Assembly: GCA_964057225.1 (NCBI GenBank)
Contig: OZ059896.1
Span: 15,562,001 to 15,626,000 of the forward strand
Length of the DNA: 64,000 bases
Direction: 5' to 3'
From: Auanema rhodensis
Lineage: Eukaryota > Animalia > Nematoda
Made by a program: the position numbers and the translations under genes
Notes under the pieces: generated by a model
What the model was told of the DNA's origin: nothing
The model's input: the letters and a program-made list of their open reading frames with translations, nothing else
The model's database searches: none
Shown: positions 42,681 to 57,666 of the stretch, one piece after another
Layout: each line of letters opens with the position of its first letter
Numbering within the stretch: position 1 is the first letter of the stretch

Positions 42681-42840
42681 TTTGAAATGACGTCATTTTT
42701 CAAAACCAATTTAGAAGGAACGGCACTCTATACATATTCCGAAAAGAAAGGTCTTGGGAATCCCGGGTGCCGTAAACTTTTTCCTTTTCTCATTATTTGA
42801 AGAGTTATTAGTTATTATGTTATACGGTTTACTCCGATAT
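42681..42840 (+). pseudogene. Degenerate terminal array unit: U4 deleted, only the 3' ~26 nt of 5S left
   Basis: Spacer fragments GAAATGACGTCAT...GAAAAGAAAGGT joined directly to CTTGGGAATCCCGGGTGCCGTAAAC. Confidence 0.85.
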
Positions 42841-43296
42841 TCTTTACTTTCAAAGGCAAGTTATATCTAGTTATTTATATGATAAGTGGCTTTTAAAGAT
42901 TTTTCGGATCTATTATTTATTTCTAAAAATTTTTTATTCAATGGAAGACTATTAAGGCTTATAAAACTATATATGAATATTCAAAGTATTTTTATAAATA
43001 TTCTGGAAAACTCTAAAGATTCATGATTGATTCTGACATAATGACGACACAAAACACCAAATTCAGTAAAACAATGCCTATGCAATACGCATACCCTCCT
43101 TTTGATAGTCAATAACTATATGAAGATAACCATTCAATACCAAGACGTTAAAAGTTATGTAAAGCTCGAAATATAATCTTAATATGTACATCTCATGCAA
43201 AAATAGAATTAATACAAGGTTAGTAGACAAATTACCCACACAACAAATCCCGATCACAGCATATATTGCAAACATACAGTTTAGCTAATTAGAAAA

Positions 43297-44793
43297 TTAA
43301 CGCTCTTCATCGCTTTGAACTCGGGTAGTCATCAAAGGATGTCTATCGTTGGATTTGTTTGTTATAACCTGGAATGCATATGAATCAGGTGAAATACTTT
43401 TGAGCAACTTAAAACCTTTCGATCCATTTCAGTTTTCTTAACGTATGTGTACGCTGCACTTCCAAAAAGAACGACAACATTACTGGTCCACCTGATAAAT
43501 TTATAACGTTGGAAATGAGTTAGAAAATAGAACATACCACATAAGAGTTTTTACTTCTTGCCACCATGTTACAGCAATAACTGTTTGAGCAGCAGCCTTT
43601 GCTGTTCCAGAAATATTATGAGTTAAAGGAGATGTGACCTAAACTCAAAAGATATTATCAAAATATTAGCACGATAAAAACCTGAATTTGCCATCCTGTT
43701 ACATATCCCATCATGAACCCAAAAACACCAGAAAGTGACATGAGGAACCAGAATTTCAAGTCGAACAGCATTGGGAAGTACATGATTTCAGCAAACTCTC
43801 CACTAAAAAATACAATTTCAAGAAGAACTTATTACTATAAATTACTTAAACAACATGAGCGGCAAAAATAGAAACATGGCATTCAAATTATTGTACATTG
43901 TTAATCTCCAAATGGAATCTCCAACAGCCCCCAAAGATCTTAACATAGAAAAACTAAATATGAAATAATACAAGAATGCAATCTACCTCTGGGTATAGAT
44001 TGCATTAAGAGCTACACATAGAGATGCCAAAACTCCATAGATAACGCCTGAACAAGACATATTCAAAGATGTATCATATAGAACTTGAAACCAGATATGG
44101 AAAGAGAGCCAGTAGCATCTTCTTGATCAACACCGAGGAAAAACCCTAAGATGATTAGGAAACAACAACCCAAGGCTTTCGGGGATGTAGTTTGTCCAAG
44201 GATTAAATATGAACAAATCTGAGAAATTATTTTAAAACAAAGATAATAAGATTAATACATACCACATTGAAAACAGTAGTCAAACTTCTTCCCACATAAT
44301 AAAATGAAACTCCAACGTACTTTAGGCACAAATTATTAAAAGCTATCATAGCAACAAACACAATGGATAATGGTAAAACCTATAGAAAAAAATAAAATAA
44401 AAAGTTCAACCAAACGTACTTCTCTGCTAATTTTTTGATCTAAAATCATTTTAGGGAATGAAATCGTATGAGGGAACATTTTGCTGAGCCATGATAGGCC
44501 AAAGCATAGTGCGACGGTTACAACACATTGATACCAAGTTACAAATAAAGGAGCATCTAACTAAATTTTGAAACTTTAAGATAAAAAATAACTCAATATA
44601 CCTTGAGATCTTTGCTGCTCAATAAATACTTGTTCAGAAAAACTAAACCTATTGAAAAAATCCTACAATGTATAGTTTAAAGTGAAAGAAAATGAGGCCA
44701 TGTTGTAATTTACCAATACGAAGAAACTGCTGTAGCAATTTTAATGTATCGCTTGTGAAGAGATTCCGAACGTCCACTATCGCTTGACGCCAT
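43297..44793 (-). CDS. SLC35C1: GDP-fucose transporter (SLC35C1 family), multi-exon
   Basis: Hand-spliced exons give [75 protein letters not shown]; TTTCAG directly before the ATG. Confidence 0.93.
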
Positions 44794-45923
44794 CTGAAAT
44801 AAAAATATTATATAACAAAAATAAATACATATAGCAACAAAAAACTAAAATTTAAGCTAAAGCTTTACATGCGTTTAAACCACGATACTTTGCCACGCAT
44901 GCACTTCAAATGCACCATATGCTTGCGTAAACATAGTGCAACAAATCTTGATACCATTTCTTCCGAAAAACTATATGAGGCGAAAATAAAACAGAATTCG
45001 ATTAAGCTATTAAGCAAAAGTAATTAAAACATGGAATAGTTGATAAAAAAGAATAAAAAATTGAAAAGTTTTTAAAAATTACTGGATTTGAATTCAATTT
45101 AGAATTACAGTAACCAGCTCTAATTAGCATATACAATTGAGGCAATATTTCTTCATTTCATTTATTTTGAATGTTGAAAAGTCCGGCTGTGTTTAACTCT
45201 TTTGATACTGCCAAATATAATTTGTTTCATATTTGATGAGTCCATGTTCAAACGGAATGTAAGACGAATCAACTTTGGATAATTATCATCAGATCATGCC
45301 GAGTGAGAACATAATCTAAGGTAATATTTTAATCAAAAAATCATAATTAAATTTAAAATAATCGAATATTCAATTTTTGTTATGAAATATATATTTATTG
45401 TATATTCAAGTATTTGTTAATTGAACATTCTTAGAAATATTGAGTTTCGGCTTGTCTGTACAAATCAATCCTTTTGTTTATGTATAACAACAACCTTCTC
45501 TATAGAATTTATTTTGATAATGATAAATAATTTTTTTTATGATTCATGATTTCCCGAAGGAATTTACAGCATATTTTTGCCACGTGAATCTTCCTACTAT
45601 TCAAATGTTGTAAATATTGTCAGACGGTTTATTCAATTTCTTTGATGGAGACTTTGCAGTTTTTGGCTTTATTTTCTTTAAGTTTTAATGTTTTGTATCT
45701 ATTTTCATCTTTAAAATATGTTTTTTTTACAAATCAATATGCATACACATTATTCTTTCATGTAAAGTTTCATTTCTCATTTTCGTTCGTTCATTCTGGT
45801 TATTCAATTTTAATTTAGCTTTATTCAAAGCATTTTTAAATACTTTTCTTATTAGATGTGACTATTTTCTTATTTTTCAACATATCGTTGATTATTTTAA
45901 GTTATATATTTATTCATCTCAGA

Positions 45924-46951
45924 TTGTAATAACATAAAATACTCGGTTCGTCGTATGACGAAGCTAGAAAGGAATGGATTTGAGCAACAAATTAATAAAC
46001 ATAGGAACAAGCATAATACTCGAACATTTGGAAGAAAGCACCGAAGACTGCGATATACAAAGGTAACATCGTAATGTTTTTTAATTTTCTGGTTTCAAAA
46101 ATTACAGACAAAGCCCGAGATTTCATTTCGATTAGCTCCAAGTAACATCCCCCGACTAAAATGGTTTCCAACTAGATTGTTTCTGCCTAGCCCACCAACT
46201 TTACTAAGCTTAACGGAGCGCTTCATCATCAGACATGTAGATAGTAAGGGTAAATTTTTAAGTGAAGTTCACATTTAAGAGTACAGTATCTTGGTTCCAT
46301 TTTTTCATAGTTTATTATTTGCCCCTTTCCGCCCCCCCCCTCAGCCCTTTCTTCTGCTATAAGCCCACCCACGATGTAAAAATCAGCTTATTTTAACCAT
46401 CTTCTTTTTTTAATTACTTATTAGATTTAAATAAAAGACACAAAATCATAAAAAAAATCAGACGTATATTGAAATTATTGAAGCTTTAGTCTTGAATATC
46501 TTCAGCTTTTATTGGCTTCGGCAATCTAGGTATTTTGGCGGAGGAGTGGAGAAGGTGATGGGGGGGGCGGTAGGGGGCAACACCAAAATAGACATTTTCA
46601 GCAAATTGGGAGATTCCCCAAAAAAGCCCTGTTGTTCAAAGTTTGAATATGTTAACAGCCGATCAGCTGTTCAGATTCGAAATTATATTTCCGGTATATT
46701 TCAGAATAATTGTTAATAACATGCTTGATATCATTCAGAGTCTTAATCCAGCATTTTCATTATTTTGGAAAATGTTAGCAAATACAAAATTTCCAAAACA
46801 GATTCCATTACCGTCGGAATCATATAAAGACTTTTATCGACGACAAGAGATTGTAGATGAAATGAGTGAATGGGATAATGCTCTGAAAGCGATAACAAAA
46901 ACTGATGAGCATGTTGTTCATCTATGTCTAGATCTATGTAGTTGTTTTTGA
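45924..46951 (+). CDS. Tentative multi-exon gene of unknown function (5' end unresolved)
   Basis: Four putative exons (~45924-46062, ~46109-46249, ~46602-46650, ~46705-46951) join in one open frame with GT/AG sites. Confidence 0.45.
46315..46585. mobile_element. Possible MITE relic in an intron
   Basis: Imperfect terminal inverted repeats TTGCCCCTTTCCGCCCCCCCCTCA / TGATGGGGGGGGCGGTAGGGGGCAA. Confidence 0.45.
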
Positions 46952-47266
46952 ATTTCTAAAATTATTTTTATTCTGTTAATTATACATATATGTATGAAAT
47001 TATTAATTATATGTCAATATGTTTGTGTATATTAATTTGTTTTTAATATATTATCAAAATATTATTAAGATAGGAAAATATATTTATTATATTTATACAA
47101 ATCAAATTAATTGATGAACCCGTTGAAAAATACAATAATCTTCTAAAAATGAAGAAACATATATTAAAATAGATAATTAATGAGCGTTCATTGAACTTAT
47201 AGTTTATGGAAAGCATAGTGAACCCGTATAAGTTGAGATAATTATATATAAAAGTGACTCATTGCT

Positions 47267-50200
47267 TCAACAAAAATATTCTTTGCCTTGGAAACCGTTA
47301 GATGTTCGTACCAATGGCTCTTCTGATCTGAAAATAGTAAATTATTATTTTATTTTCTAGTTATATTCTTAGTTATACTACTAATTATACTGTAATATAG
47401 GAAGTTATAACAATGTCGTACCTGCTTGGACTACAATCGCTTGGCATTGGCATCCCACATTCGTTTGTCTTGTATACACCTTCAGGTCTCGATCTTATGT
47501 AGCATACGAAGACAGAAAGTAATATAATTATAACAATTGCTACAGCTGCTCCTGTTAAAGCTGAAAAAAAGGTTTTAGAATAAAGGCATGGCGCTAAAGC
47601 TTAAAACATACAGGTAATTGAAATAAGTTGTTGCTTATGAGCATGAATGACACTGATGAAGATTTCTTCGCTTTTTCGTTCTGTTATTGTGACAGGATTC
47701 AATTCTCTTAAACAAAACACATCTTATTCATATCACAATTCAACACATACTCTATGCTCAATGGACAGGAGCCAAATTTTATTTTTCCTGAATGATTAAG
47801 CCTAGCTGATTTTGGATTTTTGAGCGGAAATGATCCTCCAACTTGAAGACGTGAAACACATCCGGTATATCCTAAAAACCAGAAGATTTCTCATATTTAA
47901 TTACAAAAGTTAAAATACGTTTATCCAGGAATTTCCAAACATTGAAGGATTTGAAGAAAGTCCAATTACCTTCGAAGTTTATTGATTCTTCACCATCAAT
48001 CTGCAAAATAAATAAAAACGTTAAATAATATTAAAAATTTCTTATGAAGTAGATCTTCCTATGTTTATAGGAATTTTTGCTCTCTTCCCAAATAGTTTCG
48101 TATGAAAATAGGTTCTCAGTTAAAGTTGAACTTTGTTCAAAACTTGATTATCATAAATTTCTAAGCTCGAATAACTTTGATCATAAACCTCATGATTAAA
48201 TATCAGAGACTAACGTATACTGTACAAGGTTCGAAAAGTCAAATAGGCGTTAAGTTGCATAAGCATACCGTTAAATTAAAGAACTTCTTGTTGGCACAGA
48301 AAGAAATATCATGCATAACATCATCACTGATATTTCGTTTCTGATAAACATCTCGATGAGTAAAGAAAAATCCATCATAGATGGATAAGCTTAGATATCC
48401 TGAAAATAATTTTTAATTTTCAAACATTTTTTTCATCAAGTTGTTTTTACCTTCCGCATTAATACTCATATTAAACGTTGATTCACCAAATAATGCTCGT
48501 GATTGGATTAAGCTGACATTCATGACTTTCATTTGAACTGCGATGCGATGACAGAATGATGTATGAGCTGGATTTTGCCATGGAATAGATAAAGATGATC
48601 CTGGTGGTACGAACATACCGTACTCTGAAACATGTAGATTTTACTTTGTTTTTAATCAAAAGTTTGATAGATTCGATATGCTTGATCAAGTTTAAAGTTA
48701 TACCTTTGGTACAATCAGAGCCACCAAATGGGGTTTGCGTACAATCACATGAATATCCATCATACTTATCAATACATAATCCATTATTCTTACATAATCC
48801 TGGACGGCAATATCCATCTTCACCGATTGATAATGCTTTAGCTGGTTCCTTCCTTGCTAATGTTGATAACATCAACTCTTCACCACATAGATATGCATTG
48901 CGAACTACCCCAGCATATCCCGAATTACCGGATTCTGTACGAGAACCTGCAAGAAATTAAGAAACATCTATTAATATTCTTGAACGTTTCCCTTACCGAC
49001 TGTCCAATGAAGTGCTGCTGGTAAGATGAAGCTATGAGCTTGGGCAAGAACTGAATGATCAACCCGAAGAATCATCTGATGAGCATCAGCTTCCCAGTAT
49101 ATGGAATGCCATTTTCCATCATTATAAGTAGCATTCGAAGAAATTTGACGGCTCTCACCCCCGTTCACCAATTCACCAATAATCTTTCCTTCTGAAATTT
49201 CAATTTTGAGTTAAATTTCCATTAAATATTGTTGAAATACCTTGAATATATAAGTGAAACCAATGTATTCCATCAGCACTTTCATATACAAAGATATTCA
49301 TATTCTTATGAGTAAATTTGGCATGAATACTCAGATGAAATGTATTGGATTGGAATACACGACTACCAGTAAGATGAGCATTCCGATCAGAAAACGTTAC
49401 TGGTTCAAATGAAACTAAAAATATGAAACATTAGCGTTGAAGTATTACTTGAAGCTTACGTCGACTAGAGCATTTTAAGACGCCTATTTCAACTTCAACA
49501 CTTGAAGCTTTTGATGTTCCTCCAATGAATAAGCCTGTTACGGGTAAGAGCTGTGAATATGTGTTGAAGCCTTCATCTACACCATCTTCTCCCGAATCAC
49601 AATTACACATTCTTAAATGGAAATGAGCATAAGTATGTTGATAAATAATAAATATACAAACCTATTATGCTTACAAGTGCCGTTAATAGCACATGAGCAC
49701 ATTCGACTATACGGTGGAGCACTTCCCCATTGTAATCCATGCTTGTCACTTCTTGTTGAATACCATGACGATGGACTTTTATCTTGACCATTAGTCATGA
49801 GATAAACACCACCTCGACATACATAACGCATCCACTAAAATATGGGAAATATTAGATATATCATATAGTTAGTGATAACATACTTGTCTACAATTTTCAA
49901 AACCTTCAACAAGTCTATCCATTTCTTCATGATTCAATCCATATTCTAAAGTTTTTCGAACAGATCCAGGAGGATTATCACCGGTAACAATCATTGGAGT
50001 TCGTAAATCATGAGGAATTGTGGTTGTAACCTAAAATTCTTTGATAAGCATATCATCATCCATCTATTAGCAGTTAGGGAAAAACAAAAAAACCGAAATT
50101 CTTACAATATCTACACCAAGTTCATCTTTTTCGGTTTTACAAACAACATTGAAAGCTCTCAATGGTCCTCCACCATCCAGATCAATTGTAACATTTTTGC

Positions 50201-52725
50201 CTTTAGGCACTTTAGATCGTGTTGGTCCTCGCCAGAATAGCCATTCTTCACAAGATCTTGGTAGATCACCTAGACAAATATATATTTTTGATTAAAAATA
50301 AAATGGAATGAATATTGAACATACTTGTATGACAATTCTTTCCACGATATCCAGATAGACATGTACATTTGTATTCATCTAATGATACTTGACTACATAT
50401 TCCACCATTTTCACACGGTGATGGTATACATCTACAACAATATTATATAAAAATTTCATAAAATTCAATTGTTTTTTGAAATTAAATTAAAATTTGTATG
50501 TATGTATGTATGTATGTATGTATATACAGAAAGAGTTCCAGAAATCTACGTGAAAAACATGTGATTTTCATATAAATCATGAGTTACAACACTATATGGT
50601 TGTATATACATATAATATATAATTTTAAATTGTAATTATTATATTTAAAATAAGTGAATTGTCTTACTTATCAGTCATTTCGCATGTTCCCCGACTGACA
50701 TTACCTACTGTTGGTACAATACCAAAATCAACGGTAACTGATCGATAACATCCAGGTGTTGTAAGTAATAAAGCAGTCAATTTGATGGAAATACGACGAA
50801 CTTCATTACCTTCAAGCCATAATACCTTCAAATATATAAATTAAATATATTATATATTATATAATTACTTACAGTATAACGATCTATATCAACTTCAAGA
50901 CGATTTCCACGAATACGTAATGAAAAACTATGCCATGAACCATCTGATATTTTAACAGCTAAAATATAAAATTAAAATATAAATTACAGTAATCATAACA
51001 TACGTGGATTTGCTTTTTGTTTGTGTTTTGTTGAATTGACTGTTAGATATACAATACCTTCATCATCAACTTCAATTTTCATTAAAGTTTCATTCTTGAA
51101 ATCAAGCATATTCAGTAATGTTGTTGATGTACGGAATATACGAAATTCAAATGAAAATGGTAGAAACGTAAATTGAACGAAAGCACTGGAACCGTTATAC
51201 AAGGTTAGTGATGGTGGCATTGGAACCTGAAATGATTCACGTTGTGATTAACAAGTTTCAAGTTGTATATCATACTGAGCATTTATTGGCAAGTTCTTTT
51301 GGAGCAAACTGTAGTAAATCAGCAGAATTCAGTTGTAATCGAGCTAAACATCCATGAAAAGTCGTTTCAATGCCTTCAGAAAAATCATCGGGTGGACGTC
51401 CAGCGACATGAATCTGAAAGAAAAGAACAGATGTATATTAATCTCTTAAAACATAACAAATATAATTTTTTTAAAATTTCTATATATTCATGCAAATAAA
51501 TTATAAAGCTAGTTAGTTATACAACAATTAAATCAAATAGTATAAACACTAGTATAATATAACCTATTGTTTTATTACTTATGTAAATATTCTATTGTTT
51601 TATGTTTGAAAACAAATATTAATTTTGATACAATAGCTCTTAGAAATCAAAATTATTTGTTTTGTATTTGAAAACAATCAAAGTTATGAAATTATTGAAA
51701 CAATATTATATAAAGTTAAATAACTATTTAGAATTAACATACCTCTGAATGTAAATCTAACTTTCGATATAATCCAGTTGGTGTTGTTTGATTGAGAACA
51801 ACATTATCAATTGAAAGTTGAACAGAATCAAATTGATGAAGCCAACGCAATTCATGCCATTTGCCATCATCTAAAGCTCGTCCACCGCTAATACGAGATG
51901 GTGTTAGTGATCCTAAAATAATTTGTATATGATAAATGATAAATTAAACCAATAACTAACCGAAATCAAATATAACATGAATAGTTCCTCGAACGATTTG
52001 AGCTATAAGAACATCTCCTTGATCAGCCATTGAAAAGAAGAAAATTCCTGATTGAAATGTGCGAAAGACGAGAATTAGCTCATTCTCATACATGGAAACT
52101 AATCCAGCTTTATGACTATCAACAATGTATGATGAAGCATCAAAAGCTGTGATTGATGTATCTATGATTAAGATTTTCAATAGATTATCTTAAAATATGA
52201 ATTACCGTAATCACATATTGACAGCATTAAAAGTGGAGGACGAGCATTTTTATCTTCGGTGCCAGGAAAAGCCCGACTGATTCGAAGAGATGAAGCCAGA
52301 ATATCTACATGAGTCCATGCTGGTACATGAGATATGGTTGAGTAAATTGCCTGAAAAAGCTAAGTTTTTGTTCTGAACCTTCACCCCCTGCTCTTTCTTT
52401 TTATTTTCCAGACAAATAGTTCTCATTTGATTTCAGCTGTCTCATAGTTGTCTCGGTCTTTCACTCGTTTGTCTCAATCTTATTTGAAGCTTTATCCCTT
52501 GACCAACGGAGGTTAATAATCGTTCGTTGGCCAGCCTAACATCCATCACTTGCTCCGATCCTAATAAGGTTTACGAAGAAGCATAAGAGTAAACGAAGAT
52601 GGATCTACGACATCTTCGTTTTCTCTTCCCTTTATTCTTGGTAGTTAGAAGGAAGTTGAGAAAGTGGGAAATGCAGAAGATGAAAGCTTGAGAGAGAAAA
52701 GGAAAGGGTTGAGAGAAAGAGAAAG

Positions 52726-52774
<49 letters not shown>

Positions 52775-54762
52775 CACAGACAACTTAGTGAACTATACTA
52801 ACCGATGGAGAGATCTAGAGACAATCGGATATTTCCCTAATTGGGCCGTTCGTTCCGTTCTCTTACAATTCCATCCAGAAGTTGCTGTAACTGATGTAGC
52901 AGCAGTACATGCCATGTCGATAGTGAGCCAATTAAGTATGAAGATGAAAAGCTTATTTGATCAGTACAATAAGCGCTCATCAAATATGGAAACTTCTTCA
53001 TTCCTTCGTATGTATGGTAATTGGGATGCGGATAAAGCTGGTAAAAGTTGAAGATGTTGATGAGAACGAATGTCCATCTATTACAATTGCTTCACCAACA
53101 CTATAGGATAAAGGCACTTAGGTCCTGAACGGATTATCTCATCACCATGCTTCCTTCTTTCCCTCGGAACACTCTCAGTTCCGTTCTCTCTATCTACTGA
53201 GAGTTTCATGTTCAGAACTCTGGATATGTCCCTCTGTTTATAATCTTGATGATATTAACCCCATGAGTAACATGATAGTGACTACTATAATCCTTTTACT
53301 TTTTACAAGTCAAAATCATATTTTTGGATTTTTAATGATTTCAATTGTCATGTCAACTTGGATTAGTGAGTGTGATGACTGTCAAGCTCAATCGCATTCA
53401 CGAAATAATCCTCTCTGTCTAAGATATTAAGAGAAAGAGAGAAAGAAGAAGAGAAATATGTAATGATAGAGAGAGAGGGAGGGGGTTATAGATTACAAGA
53501 GTTGTCAAAGTCATAACAAATCATTCATGAAATCCATCGATACATATGTAGATGTATATGTGATTTGTGTGATATTTTCACATGAAAGGCAGCTTTTTCT
53601 TGCTCATACATGGATGTTGATGAGAACAGCTGGATACAAAGCACAAATCCCATCTCATCATCAAATTTTTTCCGATTATCAGCACCTGTGACCAACTCTA
53701 AATGAGCCTGTTTTCCGCCTTTGTCTCTGATCCGCTTTTCTCATTACACGTTCTAACTCATTCCCTTTTTTCATTTTCTGCTTAGATAGCAGTTTCATTA
53801 GCTTTAAATAAATAAGATGAAAAACATCTTATCTATGTTTATTTAAAAGAAAAATTTAAAAAAACTAACCAAAGGATGATCATTTGCTTGCTTTAAGCTA
53901 ATATAGTTATTTTCTGAGATTGAATATTCTACGACAAATGCTGAGATTTGACCAGAAATGGCTATCCGATTGATTTTGACCAATTTATCAAAATTAACTG
54001 AAGATGAGGAGTAGCTGACATCACTACAGTCACCATAAACTGAAATTAAAGGAAAATTAAAAAAGAAACGAAAAAGAGCTTTGTCTCCCCTATTCACAGT
54101 TTGTTCGTTTGGAAGTGAAAAGTAAAAAGAATTTCATAAGATATTCTATGATTTGGTTTGGTTTAAGCAATTCTAAAGTATTTGGCTTTATCGTTAGGAT
54201 GAGAAGTCGTCTTCTGAAGTGTCAACTCTTTCTAAGAATCTTAGTATGAAGACCAGGATTAGTCCAAATCATATGACATTTAAATCTTCTTAGTAGTAAA
54301 TGGTTACTAGTATATATGTTTTGCTTTTTTTAGTATATGAAATAAATACAAAATGATGACATACAGACAAACATATTTAATCTATAGCATATAGTTAAAG
54401 AAGAACTAATTATAGTTTAAATTAATTAGTAGATGTCAAGTAGTTATGCTCTAACTCTGATTCAATAGGTTGATGACCTTCAATTGATACTTCAACATAC
54501 TTAATCATATGTTCTATTCCATAAAACTTCTATTTTCAAGCCTTGTTAGTTATAAGATGAAGAACACAAAGAAGGACAAAGCTCATAATTAGAAGATTGA
54601 AGCTTATTTCAATCTCTTTCATTTCAATTTCAATTATTTTTGAATCAACAACAATAAAATACAATTGTCTTCGAACTTTTTTTTGAAATCAGAGCCACTA
54701 CTAACGAACTCAGACTCGTTCCTTTATTATGTTTTTCTTCTGAAGAAATTCGACAACATTTT

Positions 54763-54811
<49 letters not shown>

Positions 54812-56014
54812 AGGTTAAGAGAGCTTGTTCCGGAACAGTAAGGAATAGATCATTGCGGTTGACTAATGGCCGGTGATGAATGTTCATTTCATTCCGTTTT
54901 CGGACATAATTCGTTTCGGTAGACTGATTGTTCATTCACAAACTATGATGATCTCATGGCCAATTTGACAAAACGTGAAAGTATTTTACCGGAAATGATG
55001 AAAATCCTTAAGTATTATTTTCATTTTATATATTTCTTTTCATCTTTTAAACAACAAAAACATTCCGACATTCATCATTTTGATGAGAAAATTATATAAA
55101 ATATCTACGTGTTATAATACTTTCATGCGGCTCATATGCTTTCAGAACATTTTGTAACAGCTTTAGAACTACGAATCACGACTCAAAATTGCCAGGTGGC
55201 TCACAATCCTTTCGTTCAATGTCATCTGGATCTGATTAATGACGTCATCTGCTATTTTGAGCGCAGATATTTCAAAGACGATCTCAAGTATTTTATGCTG
55301 AAGATTATCTTCGGCAGCATGAAGAGAAAACGGAAAAATGCTTTTGGTCGGTATGACCGACAGTAGATTCTTGTTCCAAAACGTGGACTAGCGAGATACA
55401 TTGCGTGAGAGAGTGATAGAGAGAGAAAAGGAGGCTTGAAAGTAGGAAAAGAGGTTTGTTGCCATATATGCTTGAATTAATTTGGCTCACTCAAAAGCTT
55501 CCGCAGACCTTTAATAATCGGTCAAGTATTTCCTAGTCTAATCGTTCTTTCGTTTGAATTTAGTAATATGAATGTCTCTAAGCATTGTAGGAAATAACCT
55601 AATGTATCCACTTTCCCCTTTACTCTATAGATTCTGACTCCTTCATCTCTGGTCACTATTTATATTTTATTTAGAAATTAAATAGAAAAAACTGTGATTA
55701 TTCTTAAAATCTTCATGAAATTATTGCTCATTCTAACTGCTTTCTGTTATTGTGCCTTGAAAAAGTATAGATCTATCAACATAGATTAGATGAAATTCTT
55801 TCAATTTCCATCACTAATCTCAGTTTTCCATGCATTGCCCTTCAAAATAGTATTTATTCACGGAATTATCTCTCTGTTGCTCGTTTTTTTTTTCATTTTT
55901 TCCATTTTATTCGAGATTCGTATTCGCTGTACTGCTTCTGGCTCAATGAACATCATAGGTGTTCTACAATATAAGGTTTGGAGAGTTTGAGAGAGTAGGA
56001 AACTGAATTGAGCT

Positions 56015-56060
<46 letters not shown>

Positions 56061-57329
56061 AACAACAGATAGTACAAAATTATAAATATTGAAGACAAAA
56101 GAAAGACAACACATAAAAACCTGTGATTGGTCATCCAACTATATGTAGAATTTTATGATCGTAATAGTACATTCCATATATTTAAATGGCATCTAGGTCG
56201 AGAAGCCTATATAATTTTTCGGAAAATTGGTAGAAGAGGGGGGGGGGTTCTGGTGAGCAGGTGTCAATTGCAGAACAGCTAGAATACCACCCTCACAATG
56301 TCTCATCTTTTCTCTTTTCTCTCTGTTCCTAGGTATCCTCCATTCTCTCTCTCACTCTCTATTCGATTATTCCATATAATGAACAGACAGATTCCATATG
56401 CTTATGACTCAGGTTCATATATAAGTTCTTTTGTTATGGTAAACAACTTGAGCTATTAACTATATGCATAATTATAATGAAAATTTATAGTTTACAAAGA
56501 GATAATTCAGGCTATTTGTATTCGGATTTATGAAATAAATTCAATTTTCTGACTAAAACGAGAGCGATGATCGCCCTTGAAAGGTCTTATGTGCAGCTGT
56601 TCTGAGAGATTGTTGCAAGATGTGACTTTGGTATGAAAACTACGAAAATCAGAATTCACAACAGATATAGAAGCTCGACGGAACTAAGTATGAATGTTAC
56701 ATGTAACCAGATAAAGGCGATAGAGGGAAAAGGGAGATAAAAGGAGGGAAAAGGAAAAGGGGGAAGTAACGAACAGAAAAAGGAGGGGGGGGGGGAAGTT
56801 ATGCTCTGACATCAGGTCACTCTTTATGATGTTATGCTGGTTCTTTTTACAATTTTGTTAGCTTATTCAAGTATAAAAGCTGAATGAATTCAATGGCCCT
56901 ATTAGGATAGTCGACAGATTTTCAGATTCTTACAATGTGTTTTGACCGGTCCATCCGGCTCTTTTTCCGTTCCGTCTTTTTAAGATTTCAATTTTTTCTT
57001 GAACAGAAAGCATAAGAACTGAACGACGGCTTGGCTGTTCCATTCAACTTTAATTCAGTTTTTTATATTCAAATATAGACGAGAATAAGCTTAACACGAT
57101 GAAAGTTGTATGTTTCATAAAAATTCTTGTTAAAAGCTTAAGCACTAAGTTGGATATATATATATACATATACATATATATCAATTATTTAGATGATATA
57201 AACGAGAAATTGAGAAAAGGAATAGCTTTAGACATTTATATTAATTTCTTCGAAAAAAAAATTGAAATTGGCTCTATATGTCATAATACATTGAAGAGAA
57301 ATATAGAGAGCAAAAAGAACATTAAAAAG

Positions 57330-57383
<54 letters not shown>

Positions 57384-57666
57384 AAACAGAAAATAGAAAA
57401 AAAACTTTTCTACAAAGAAAATTAAAAACTCAGAAAATTCAAATATTTGAGATGAAAATTAATTTTAATTTTTGAGGTTGAGCATTTGTTAACTAATTCA
57501 ATTGTTTACTATTTGTAAATATTGAAGAATTATTATTATAAGAGATAAAATTAAAAAAAGAAATAAACATAATAAGATAAAAATAATATTGTATGTATAT
57601 AACTAACTAACCTATAGTTAATAAATTGACGAATATATAGGGTAATAGAAGTAGCCGCCAAGACAT
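47267..57666 (-). CDS. CASPR/neurexin-IV-like cell adhesion protein (nlr-1-like), multi-exon
   Basis: Signal peptide MSWRLLLLPYIFVNLLTIVYG, laminin-G repeats (DGKWH), EGF domains (CKNNGLCIDKYDGYSCDC), fibrinogen-like stretch (IDLDGGGPL), TM helix, C-terminal KEYFC. Confidence 0.88.
52730..52764. repeat. (GA)n microsatellite; similar tracts at ~54768, ~56018, ~57336, ~58482
   Basis: Direct read. Confidence 0.9.

Noticed and set aside
52788-53051. Nested ORF in an intron of the CASPR-like gene
   Set aside because: Short, no recognisable domain and no convincing exon chain
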